From Phyllobates terribilis (taxonomy: Eukaryota): a stretch of 64,000 nt of DNA. Within the stretch, counting starts at the first letter, position 1. Each line of letters starts with the position of its first letter. The translations under genes and the position numbers were made by a program. The stretch lies in assembly GCF_046119375.1 (NCBI RefSeq), contig NW_027362761.1:334862001-334926000 (forward strand), given 5' to 3'. The notes under the pieces were generated by a model. It ran no database searches. It was not told the DNA's origin and saw nothing but the letters and a program-made list of their open reading frames with translations. Shown one piece after another: positions 52,478-64,000 of the stretch.

Positions 52478-52785
52478 GCACGCACACACCCGCAGACATC
52501 GCACAGACACCGCACACACTCGCAGACATCGCACAGACACCGCACACACCCGCAGACATCGCACAGACACCGCACACACTCGCAGACATCGCACAGACAC
52601 CGCACAGACACCGCAGACATCTCACAGACATCGCGCACACCCGCACACATCGCACAGACACCGCACACACCCGCAGACATCGCACACACCCGCAGACATC
52701 GCACAGACACCCCGCACACACTCGCAGACACACGCACAGACACCCCGCACACACTCGCAGACACACGCACAGACACCCACACACA
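52478..52785. repeat. Compound CA/CG-rich repeat (cgcacagacac / cgcagacat units)
   Basis: Direct reading; source of the low-complexity ORFs at 52353-52859. Confidence 0.95.
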
Positions 52786-55769
52786 CCAATCATGACGGGC
52801 TGATCGTCTGGGAGGTGAGGCTGACCTGTGTGGCTGTGGGAAAGTTCATGTGAGTTCATGCAATGCAGTCAAGCATGAACTCACGTGAACCCTCTGAGGG
52901 CACCGCAGCTACTTCAAATTAACAGCTGATCAGCATCACTTGATACCTCAGCTGTTCATTTGAAATAACCGGCGGGAAAGCGCAGCACAGAACGGGAAAG
53001 CCGGCGGTGAAGTCTTTTCACTGCCGGCTTCCCCGCCCGGGTCCTTCGCTCCCCGCTCCTTGGTGCTGCGCTCTCCACCCGGTCCTAACTTACGATCGGG
53101 ATGAGAGGTGGCGAGGAGAGCGGAGGATCGGGGTGGGAGGCTGCGGGGAAGCAGTATGGGGCTGTGTGATTGTTTAAAAGCCAGCGGCTTTTTACCGCCC
53201 GCCGGCTTTTAAACGATCAGGAGAATTCTCCCAAGCTGGGATGGCATTCTGATGACAGGCTGGATCTCAGCTGAGCGCTGCCATCCAGCTTGTCATACTT
53301 CAGAGACACTGCAGAGTGCAGGCATTATGGGAACTTCCGATTCCGGTATTCGATATTGTAAAAGTATCGGAATTAAGTATCGGAATTCCGATACGCGAAT
53401 ATCGGCCGATACCCGATATTTCAGTATCGGAATGCTCAACACTAATGCTGACGCTAATGATGGCGTTATTGCCTCTCACCATCTTGGTGGACTCATCAAA
53501 GTTTGTCAAGATGGTACATATGTCAGACATCCAGGTCCACTCCTGAGGTCTTATGTGTGGAGTCTGACCTGAATATCGACGGCCTTGTTGCAGCTGGTAC
53601 TCCACAACTGCTCTCTTCTGCTCACAAATCCTTTGCAACATGTGCAGGGTAGAGTTCCAACGTGTGGGGACATCACACATCAGTCGGTGTGATGGAAGCT
53701 GCAAACGCTGCTGCAACACAGCAAGGGCAGCGGAAGCTGTAGCCGACTTGTGAAAATGAGCTGACAGGCGGCGTACTTTGATGAGCAGATCTGGCAACTC
53801 GGGGTACAATTTAAGAAACCGCTGAACCACGAGGTTAAGCACATGAGCCAGGCATGGTACGTGTGTGATCTCGCCTCGCCTCAGAGCCGCCACCAGGTTA
53901 CGGTCATTGTCACACACGACCTTGCCTGGATGTAGGTTCAGCGGTCTCAGCCACAGATCTGCCTGCTCTTTCACAGCTGTCCACAACTCACAAGCAGTGT
54001 GAGGTTTCTCACCTAAGCTTATGAGTTTCAGCACAGCCCGTTGCCGCTTGGCTGAGGCAGTACTGCAGTGCTTCCAGTTTGTAACTGATGTGGTGATATC
54101 TGAGATGGAGGCTGAACATGAGGAGGAGGAGGAGGATTATGCGCAGGAGTTGTACACTGTGGGGGCAACTCTGACTGACATAGGGCCCACAATCCTCGGT
54201 GTGGGGAGGATGTGTTCCGTCCCAAGGTCCAACAGTGTGCCGTCAGGGAGATGTACCATCCCTGGCCACAAGCACTTGTCCACGTGTCCGTTGTCAGGTG
54301 GACTCTCCCAGTAACTGCGTTGTTGAGGGCATGGCAGATGTTTTGGGACACGTGCTTGTGTAGTGCGGGGATGGCACACCGGGCAAAATAGTGTCGGCTA
54401 GGGACCGAGTACCGAGGGACAGCCACCGCCATAAGGTTGCGGAAGGATTCCCTCTCCACCAGCCTAAAAGGCAGCATTTCCAATGCAAGCAGTTGTGAAA
54501 TGTGCGAATTTAGGACTGTGGCCTGTGGGGCGTTAGCTGCGAACTTCCTCTTTCATTCAAAGGTCTGGGATATGGACAATTGAACGCTGCGGTGGGACGT
54601 GGGCGTTGATGCTGTTTCTTGAGAAACTGCCATAACAAGTGAAGAATGAGAGGAAGGGGCATCTTTACATGCAGTATGGACAGGGGATTTCGTTGCACAC
54701 ACAACAGGGATTCTACTGCATGCACAACAGAGGAAGAAGCAGTGGTGACACCCGCTGACACTGGTCGTGGACCCTGGGGTTCGCCCCACAAAGCCGGGTG
54801 CTTTGCTGCCATGTGCCTGATCATGCTGGTGGTGGTCAGGCTGCTAGTTTTGTGACCCCTGCTGATGCTGGCATGGCAGGTGGTACAAATGGCATTTTTG
54901 GGGTTATCAGCAGAGTCTTTAAAAAAATTCCAGACTCTGGAAGACCTACAGGTTGTACTGGCAATGTCCCTCGTGTTGGTGTTACGGGAAATGGTTGCCC
55001 GCCTTCTGTCTGTGGCCACCACACTGCTTCTTCCTGCCTGTTGGGGTACTCTGCCTCCCTGACCCTGTGTGCTCCTGGCCTCGCTCTGCATGTCCTCCTG
55101 CCACGTTGGGTCAGTTACTAGATCATCCACCACCTCCTCCTCTTCCACTTGCGCACTACAATCCTCCTCCTCACTTCCTGGTAATTGTGTCTCGTCATCG
55201 TCCACCTCTTGTGACAAATTGCCATCGTCTACTTCCTGTGGCCGTGGCTGTTCAAATATTTGGGCATCGCTACATGGGATCTCCTCTTCCACCACTTCAA
55301 GCGGAGCAGGCAAGGGGCACAAATCTGGAAATGGACCAGTGAATAGCTCTTCAGAGTGTCCAAGTGTGGGATCAGTTGATGTCTGACGACACTCGGCATG
55401 GTGGGAGGAAGGAGCATCAGGGTGAGGAGGAGTATGCGGTCGAGACTCACGGCTACTAAGAGTTGACCGTGTTGAAGACAGACCGGAGGTGGTGGTGCCC
55501 AGGTAACTGAAAGTATTATCAGCTATCCAATTAATAACCTGTTCACACTGATCAGTTCGCAATACTGGTGTTGTTCTGTGCTTCCCTAGTAATTCGGTCA
55601 AGAAGTGGGAGAGAGAAGATGTGGCTGTTGGTTGTGGAACATTTTCACCTTGGCCACGGCCTCGTCCTCTGCATGCACCATCACCAGAACGTCCAGTTCA
55701 ACGTCCCTTGCCATGCGCCTTGCCCATTGTAAAGGAAGTAAAATAGCTTACACTCGCACTATCAATGGA

Positions 55770-57490
55770 AAAAGTGTAATAAAAAGTAGATTAGAACCGT
55801 GGAAGAGGAAAACCACAGTTCTATTTCTCTGGCCTACACCCGACTCTTTTAAACAATCTGAACAATCAGGGAGAAACTATTACTGTTTTCTTTACGGAAA
55901 AAATACCAAAAGCTGAATAATAGAGATTTTTTTACCGTGGAATGGCAAAACCACAGTTATTGTTTACTTGGGTATACCAGAAAATTTTAAATAGATATAT
56001 TTGCGGCTGAACAGTGAGCGACACACGCAAACTGTTTTTTTTTAGGTAAAAATGGCCCAAAAGTGGATAATACAGAGATTTGGCCCGTGGAACTGCAAAA
56101 CCACACTTGTATTTCTCGGGCCTACACCAGACTATTTTCAACAGATATATTTGTGTTGAACAATCAGGAGACACTACTGTTTTTCTTTACAGAAAAAATG
56201 CAAAAAAGCAGGATAATACAGAGATTTGACCCGTGGAACAGCAAAACAACACTTGTATTTCTCGGGCCTACACCACACTATTTTCAACAGATATATTTGT
56301 GTCTGAACAATCAGGAGACACTACTGTTTTTCTTTACAGCAAAAAATGAAAAAAAGCCGGATAATACAGAGATTTGACCGGTGGAACTGCAAAACCACAC
56401 TTGTATTTCTCGGGCCTACACCAGACTATTTTCAACAGATATATTTGTGTCTGAACAATCAGGAGACAATACTGCTTTTCTTTACAGCAAAAAATGCAAA
56501 AAAAGCAGGATAATACAGAGATTTGACCCGTGGAACTGCAAAAGCACACTTGTATTTCTCGGGCCTACACCAGACTATTTTCAACAGATATATTTGTGTC
56601 TGAACAATCAGGAGACACTACTGTTTTTCTTTACAGAAAAAATGCAAAAAAGCAGGATAATACAGAGATTTGACCCGTGGAACAGCAAAACCACACTTGT
56701 ATTTCTCGGGCCTACACCACACTATTTTCAACAGATATATTTGTGTCTGAACAATCAGGAGACACTACTGTTTTTCTTTACAGCAAAAATGCAAAAAAGC
56801 CGGATAATACAGAGATTTGACCGGTGGAACTTGTATTTCTCGGGCCTACACCAGACTATTTTCAACAGATATATTTGTGTCTGAACAATCAGGAGACACT
56901 ACTGTTTTTGTTTACAGCAAAAAATGCAAAAAAGCATCATAATACAGAGATTTGACCCGTGGAACTGCAAAAGCACACTTGTCTTTCTCGGGCCTACACC
57001 AGACTATTTTCAACAGATATATTTGTGTCTGAACAATCAGAAGACACTATTATTCTTTTTTATGGCAAAAAATGCCAAAAGCAGGATAATAGAGATTTTT
57101 TACGTGGAACAGCAAAACCACAGTTATAATTTACTGGTGTATACCAAACTATTTTCAACAGATATATTTGTGTCTGAACAATCAGGAGACACTATTATTA
57201 TTTTTTTACGGCAAAAAATGCCAAAAGCAGGATAATAGAGATTTTTTACCGTGGAACAGCAAAACCACAGTTATAATTTACTGGTGTATACCAGACTATT
57301 TTCAACAGATATATTTTTGTCTGAAAAATCAGGGAGACACTATTAGTTTTTTTTTTACGGCAAAAAAATGCCAAAGCAGGATAATAGAGATTTTTTACCG
57401 TGGAACTGCAAAACCACAGTTATAATTTACTGGTGTATACCAGACTATTTTCAACAGATATATTTGTGTCTGAAAATCAGAGACACACTT
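55770..57490. repeat. ~147-bp tandem satellite (~10-12 units) on the 5' side of the hAT transposase
   Basis: ggataatacagagatt-like starts at 56065, 56211, 56359, 56508, 56655, 56802, ~56937, 57084, 57230, 57379. Confidence 0.95.
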
Positions 57491-58348
57491 TCTTTTTGGG
57501 GGGGGGGGGACACCAAAAGGTTAATAAGACGGGTTTGTACAGTGTGAAGGAGGAAAAAAAAAAGAGGATTTAGATGAAAAAAAAAGGATTTTTCCTGGCC
57601 CCCGAGACCTGGAGCTAAGTCCAGCAATTTCAGCAACAGGAGCACACAGGACTGTAATGCAGCGTTTGCTGGTATAACCACTGCATCTCCTATACAGCCT
57701 GCCTGCCTGCCAGATATCTGGGATAGATATTAGTCCTGAGAAGGACTGTTTGTTTGATCTGGCAGCCTTTACAGACCCTACACTAACTATTTCGCTGGAT
57801 ATATCTCTCCCTAAATCAGCAGCGCTGTCCCTACACTGTCTGATCCGGAGCGACTGTGTCCAAGATGGCGGCGCCCGGTTTTAAATACTAATTTCCTTTA
57901 GTATTTCTTTCTATCCCCGGACAACCCCTTAAATATTTTAATATTTTTTTAGATCAGAGTAATTGGAAAAAATATTAAATTGACTTTGCTTTTTAGCTGC
58001 TAAATAAGTCTAATTTACTTCATATAGGACAAATTTTTGAACTGTGAAATGACTTATAAAAATTAATGCCACAACCTATCAAGAGTAATAACTTTTATTT
58101 AGATTTCTGCTAATTGAATAGAATGAGGGCTTGTTTTTCTGCAGGATAACTTTTAGGCAATTTTTTGTAAGGAGGGATGAGAATTGCTTTTTCAGTCATA
58201 CATCTTGCCTAGTACTATGTACAGAACATGGGTCAGCGAGTAAATACACCGGCAAGCTCAGAACCAAGACATGCATAGAGATGGTAATAGAATCTTAATC
58301 CTAAGATTCACCAATAGAACCAATCTCAGTTCTAATATTTGCCAACAC

Positions 58349-58749
58349 AACCTTCTTGATCTAAATGCTTAGCGCCAATAAAATAAAACAGTTTATACTC
58401 ACCTCCCATGCCTCTCGTGTAGTTGTTATGACTCGTGAGCCAGGAGCCCAATCAGCGCTGGTGTCACTGGCCCTGCCTTCGGACAAATCGAACATCAAGA
58501 GGAAGTCAGAGCTTCAGCTGCTCTCTCACTTTCTCTTGATGTTCGATTTGTACAAAGTCAGGGCCAGTGACACCAGCGCTGATTGGGCTCCAGGCTCATA
58601 TGTCATAAAAACCGCACAAGAGACCCAGGAACAGGAGTGCTGACACTGCTGGACCGCCACTGGCACGGGAGGTGAGTATAAGCTTTTTGATTTTACTGGC
58701 GTCAACCATTTAGATAAAGAAGGGGTTTTCCTAGTAGTGGACAACCCCT
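58349..58749. mobile_element. T2-like foldback MITE, left terminus clipped
   Basis: GGACAACCCCT|TTAA at the right end; long inverted arms 58363-58712. Confidence 0.75.
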
Positions 58750-59274
58750 TTAATGTTTACATACAGTTATAGAACCAAGCTCACTAACAAAATTTACTTA
58801 CAGAATTAAGCTCTCTACATAGATACAGTAGCAGAACAAATCTTCTGTGGTATAAGTTGAGTGAAACAAGTGGCAGTCATAGAGTATGTGCAGAGCCGTG
58901 CCAACAAAAACACAGTAAAAGTGTAAAGCATTGTCTGAATAAGGCCTCTTTTAGACTGGTGTTTTTATGTTTGTGTGCACACCTACAGTACACCAACCAA
59001 TATGAGAAATCCAGCATGTACAGTTCTGAAATGTACAATGACTTCTGCAGCATAAATTGACGTGACAAGGATTTCAAATCCACAATTAAAGCAAATTTAT
59101 GCCGCAGATTCTATCCACAGTACATAAATGAGATTTTGTGGAATCTCAACAACAACACTGCCACTTTCAATCTGTAGCGGACTTACCACAAGAAGATCTG
59201 CAGTGAAAATATCCACTTAGTATTGACCCCATGTGGATGAAAAAAAATAGTATCTCCATTAGACAGACACTTTT

Positions 59275-59520
59275 ATTTATAATGCTTATCTATATGGCAC
59301 CATCATATTCAACAGCACATTTCAGATATTGTCATTGCTGTTCCTGTTATAACTCACAATCTAAACCCTCTATCAGTATGATTTTGGAGTGTGGGAGGGA
59401 GCCATTCAAACACGGGAAGAAGATATAAACTTCTTGCAGATGTTTTCCTTGGTGGGATTTGAACCCAGAATCCCAGTGCTGCAAGGTATAAGTGCTAACC
59501 GCTGAGCCACCATGCTGCCC
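59275..59520 (-). mobile_element. tRNA-derived SINE (V-SINE-like) with L2-like tail
   Basis: A box TGGCTCAGCGG and B box GGTTCAAATCC on the minus strand; central CCTCCCACACTCCAAA; 3' tail resembles the L2 end. Confidence 0.8.
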
Positions 59521-59809
59521 CATATGGACAATTAATTCCAAATACTAAGACAAACACAGACCACATCCAACTTTCACACACAGATAACTTTGCTTATATA
59601 CAATTCTATACCACTGTATACCTATACTATACATACAGGCATGCTTTTATGCAGTACTTATATTTTTACATGCAAGGTCATAATCTTACAAGTATAGAAT
59701 TGATGCTGTGTTGAAGGCAAGAGAAGGTTACACCAAACAATGATTTGATTTAGATTTATCTTTTGCTCATTCACTTTCAATTTTGTTACTTGATAAAGTC
59801 AACTATTAA

Positions 59810-60199
59810 AGGAGTTGTCGGGTCAAAAGTGATAAGTCTGCAGTGTGACTGCGCTGCGGGGATTCGTCGGTTTCAGACCTGGGAACGGAGAGTATGTATA
59901 AGTTATACATACCCCGGCCAGTGGGTGCTGCCTCGCTCCATACATTTGTATAGAGCGAGGCCACGCCCTGTATAGTGACGCAGACAGCCAGTGGGCACAT
60001 CCGACTAGAAGGCACGGGCTTGCTCAATACAAGTGTATGGAGCGATACTGCGCCCACTGGACGGGGGTATGTATAACACATAAATACCCTCCGTTACCAC
60101 GTCTGAAACTGGTGAATCCCAGTGCCTGCGCTGGGGGCATTCATAAGTCTGCATTCACACAGAGTGACTGCAGACATCACTTTTGACCAGAAAACCCCT
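59810..60199. mobile_element. T2-like foldback MITE, same family as 4329-4769, opposite orientation
   Basis: TTAA|AGGAGTTGTC ... AAAACCCCT|TTAA; its centre is the reverse complement of the 4329 copy's centre. Confidence 0.85.
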
Positions 60200-63100
60200 T
60201 TAATATGTCTACTTTTTAAAGCATTCTTACTTTATAGCCTTCTTTTCACACTTGCTTAAAACTTTTGCACAGTACTTTCTATCTCCAAATATTTTTTTAA
60301 TTGGCTCTCTTATATGTCTGTTGTATTTTATACTACTAGCCAATTAAAAATTACCCAGAACTTCTCTGGACATGGATCTTCAAAAAGGGAGGCAGGTGGA
60401 GAACACTCTTTCTTGAGCCACCCCAACTCCACTAAAAGTCTATAAAATACAGCTACACCACATAAAGCTAACATTGATAACATCAATACCATGTCTCTTC
60501 TTAAATGGTTTATTAGCTTCCTCCAGCAGATGAGCCCTGACAGTGCTACGTTCTAGCTACGGGGTATATCATTGACTGATATTTTCACAAGGGCGAGCTC
60601 AGCATGAAGACTGAGAAGCAAGCCAATAACAGAGATAGGAAATACACTGGCAACTTCTATTAATTGGATGGATACTGAGCTCAATAAAATGAAGCTAATT
60701 AATGAGGTTACAGCGGTGATAAACATGTCAGCGATGTACTGTGCCTAATATCAAAAGAAGGTCCCGGGAGGACATCAAAACTATGCTGTGCTTTACAAAA
60801 ACAGATATATCACTTAGTACTCAAATATCCTTTGTTTATGCTGTGTAGTTAATTTTGTTCTATCTGCTCACATACTTTATGAATATTTGGGGCACGGAAC
60901 AGATGACTGACATGTCTGCCTGAGCTCAGTGCTACCATTCAAGCACATTACAATAATTAAAAGTAAAAATTAAATGAATATAATACAGATTCACAATATG
61001 AATAATACCCGAGACAAACATAAACATATTCAGATCAATCAAACATTGAATACACTATTTAATGAACTAGAAATGCCAAAATAACTTTTCCCCTGACAAT
61101 GAACAGCAAATGAACTTCAATTAGTCAAGAGACATTATCCTAGAAAGACACCGTTGCTCTACCCAATTACTTTGTGTTCCCTCCCTCCCAAGTAAGGGGG
61201 AACACTGATTGTTTTGGCCATGAAAGTGGTAAAGCAAATTTCTATGTAATTTAAGGTTCTGGCATAATTAACTTGCTCTAATGCATTTATGTATCAGTAA
61301 CTAAGTTTTAATTCTTTGCATTTTCCTAACAATACCTGGAATTGTGCATTATATAACAGCACAGCAGAAGGAAGAAGATCAGTAACTATTGGCATTTTTG
61401 ATGGACTGATCCACGCAGTTAAACAACCGCCAATCAACTGTATGCAAAGCCTGATACTGACCTGTTCAGACAGGCTGAGAAGTATTCTAAGTACACCGAA
61501 CGATCAATGTTCTATGTGTATAAAATATGATGTTATTGGCAGCACTTTCCAAGTTTACACAGGCTGATGTGCTGCAGATAAAGATGATTTTTAAGCATCA
61601 ATATACACAAGCTCTGCAACTTAGTTTGGCGACTTAGCTCGGAAAGTTCTTATTTGCTGAGGAACACTTGTTTTCACCATCAGATTCCCAGACTTCTTGT
61701 AAATGGAAGCGGTATCCAACGTTTTAACAATGTCCAGATTATAGCTTATTATATTTATCAAGGCAGTAAATTCCAGAAAATATCCAAAATAGCAAAAAAA
61801 GTAGATAAATAGCTTCACGACAACCTTTTATTATACTCACAAAAAAATGGCAGCATATGAAAACATGCTTGCACATTCGTCCAACTCCAAGTTTCATCTA
61901 TCCAGCTCACATAGTGGTAGAGATACACATGTTCATCTCTTAATTTAAAACATTTAATAAGAAATAATAAAATTCCAATATCCATCTCAGAAGAAAAACT
62001 CTCCTGACAAGGTTAAAAATTAAGTTTTAACATCACTCACATTTTAAGTGAAGCTAATAAAACCTAATATGCCTAATCATTCAGATCCATTTGCTAATAT
62101 AAAGGAACTTTCATTCATAAAGTAATATCAAATGATCTTAAAAGACTAAATCAGATCAATAACTACTGAAATCCATTTAATAACTAATTAGCTTATAACT
62201 AAACTGCAGTAACACCAGGTTTTCTTCATAAACTGCAATAACCTCCATTTTTCTATTCTTAACACTGCAAAAAAGGAGGATAAGATTAAACCCCTTAGTG
62301 CTAATTTTGCTACTAAACCAAAATCCTAAAACCAAGGCTTGTATGTCACTGAAAGTATGCTTTTTGCATTGTAAGATGGGCAAGTAGTATTTCAGAAAAA
62401 GTCCAAGGCACCAGATATAATGTCTTATTTTGAAAAAATATAACTTTTATTTCATTCTTTAATATACAAAGCGATGTTTTGGACACGTTTTTTTCAAGCA
62501 AATATAGAAAAAGATAATAGACAGCCAATATAAATGCTGCTATCTTGGTTCTGTCAATGGAATGTATACACATACCATTTAAATCTGACTTGAATGGGCA
62601 GTGCATCTAATTTGCTCCCTTATGTGTGCGTCATTAAATGAAAAATGATCTTGTGAACATTTGTCACATGACATTACTACGTCATCACGGCGATGTGTCT
62701 CATGTGGGTGTGACTGAATGCACTGTATTGAATGTGCACAATACAATTACATTGGCTTGAGCCCTGTGGATATCACTACCTGGAGACGTTGCCACGTGAT
62801 TGGACTATCACTCAGAAATGTATGTCTTTACTTACCTCATGATACCTATAATAGGAAGAAACAGTTTCATATCATGCCATTTGCTTGCTGCTAGCCGCGC
62901 AATATTCACTACCATGGATTGACCAATGGCACTGTAGGGGGCAGGTGAGTCTATTAACCATATCGTTATATGATCTTATCTATTATTCAATCAGTGGCTA
63001 CTGACAACTCTTTGTCAGATAGGTATACATTATGTCGACAGAGCCTGATAGCTTGGATCATGCAGCAAACTATAAAGATGTTTTATTTTGTAATTAATTG

Positions 63101-63219
63101 TTTGTTTTCTGTGATAGCTTATGAGTTAGGAAGAGGTGGAACCCATCACCTGAGCCATACAAATAACTGAACAATGATAGCATTTGTATTGGCTGTATTT
63201 GGTCTTTTTCTAAATGTAC

Positions 63220-63715
63220 TGTAAGATGGCCGCTGGACAGGTCCTCGAGGGGAGATATTTATCAACAAAATTGGTAGCCTGGGTGATGCAAGCCCAGAAA
63301 AGCAGGCTCCAGTACGTATAGTGCTGAGAGAGTTAATAGAGCGTGTCAGGGTCGGGTTTATGAGCAGTCAGAGAGATGGGTAGGACTGGCTGCTCACATA
63401 TCCCCACCCCGAGCCGTGGCACAGCAGATAAAAAGGTGACCAGTTGTCTCATTTGGGGTCTGTGTGTAGAGGAGTGCAGTCCTCCAGTGTATTCGTCTCA
63501 GCTAAGGACTAAAGAGCTGAACACTAACCTGAGCGGGCAAACCCGCACTACTGTATGGACTATTTACTTTATGTTTTCACTTTGTGCCTGAACGGGCTGT
63601 TTTATTTCGCTATCCTGAGCGGTTTTTGGAGTTTTAATAAACCAGCCTGGACGTTTTACTGAAACATCTTCCCATGCCTACCTCAGACCGCAACCGAGTG
63701 AGTAGAAATCCGACA
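63220..63715 (+). mobile_element. Probable solo LTR
   Basis: TG...CA ends, GC-richer than the flanks, AATAAA at ~63636; no clean TSD. Confidence 0.45.
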
Positions 63716-64000
63716 ATATTTTAAAAAGGCTACTTGTGGCCAAAACGTAGCTTTGCATTTTAAAGGATGAAATAATAATTATATTTTCTCAACAAAAGAC
63801 ATGATATCTTGTGCCTCAAACTTTTTCTGATATACCACTATATGAATCAACTTGGTACATGGCCAAACTGAGAAAGAAACAGAAATATACCGCTAGAGCA
63901 TGGGATTCCAATTTTTGTTTATTGTAAGATTGGAAATAAATAATTTATTTATTTATTTAGGAAACATCACCGTAATCCAGAAATGTAAACACTTCTGTGT

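Larger units (their letters stand above)
47948..53444. mobile_element. 5.5-kb non-autonomous hAT element with perfect 8-bp TSD
   Basis: ATGCTGAC|TAGTGTTGAGC ... GCTCAACACTA|ATGCTGAC (47940-47947 and 53445-53452); no coding capacity. Confidence 0.95.
46901..55714 (-). pseudogene. hAT (Ac/ZBED-like) transposase, frameshifted and split by a 5.5-kb insertion
   Basis: BED finger (VWNFF...CTTC...MIRHMAAKH, ~54786-54944), TTDTWTS, VCDN and CLAH motifs, LLDPRYK, and C-terminal dimerisation domain (CPAASVLSECVFSAAGG...KMN). Confidence 0.9.
40263..57890 (-). mobile_element. Large composite hAT element; left TIR intact, right end truncated
   Basis: TAGTGTTGAGCGAG at 40263 with CTCG subterminal motifs; minus-strand hAT transposase pieces; internal satellites; no matching TIR near 57890. 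Confidence 0.75.

Noticed and set aside
52353-52859. Cys/Val/Ala-rich and His/Thr/Arg-rich ORFs
   Set aside because: Products of the compound microsatellite, open in several frames on both strands.
46901-55714. Domesticated ZBED host gene
   Set aside because: Frameshifts, a 5.5-kb insertion and an attached TIR indicate a dead transposon.
56381-57425. Repeat-protein ORFs (e.g. 167 aa with FQQIYLCLNNQET repeats)
   Set aside because: They are translations of the ~147-bp satellite; the frame shifts with A-tract length.
59440-59520. tRNA gene
   Set aside because: A and B boxes are present, but they continue into a SINE body and tail and no cloverleaf closes.

Overview
Eukaryotic, non-genic or intronic DNA made almost entirely of transposable elements. 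The repeat families point to a frog, probably a hyloid anuran (inference). No intact protein-coding gene is supported. Contents: a near full-length decayed L2 LINE whose ORF2 carries a 2A-like motif; eight Tc1-superfamily copies, including three near-identical DD34E copies, one DD38E-type and one DD35E-type; two Penelope-like elements (PLEs), one nested in the other, with inverted terminal repeats and minimal hammerhead-ribozyme motifs, plus a third isolated hammerhead-like motif; two chromodomain-type Gypsy remnants; and a ~17.6-kb composite hAT element holding two internal satellites (133 bp and ~147 bp), a Tc1 insertion and a 5.5-kb palindromic non-autonomous hAT inserted in its transposase. 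There are also several foldback MITEs, a CR1 3' end and a tRNA-derived SINE. The best leads are the hammerhead-bearing PLEs, the Tc1 copies with complementary nonsense mutations, and three hAT families sharing one TIR but differing in subterminal motifs. All coordinates were read by eye and none of the assignments were checked by database search.
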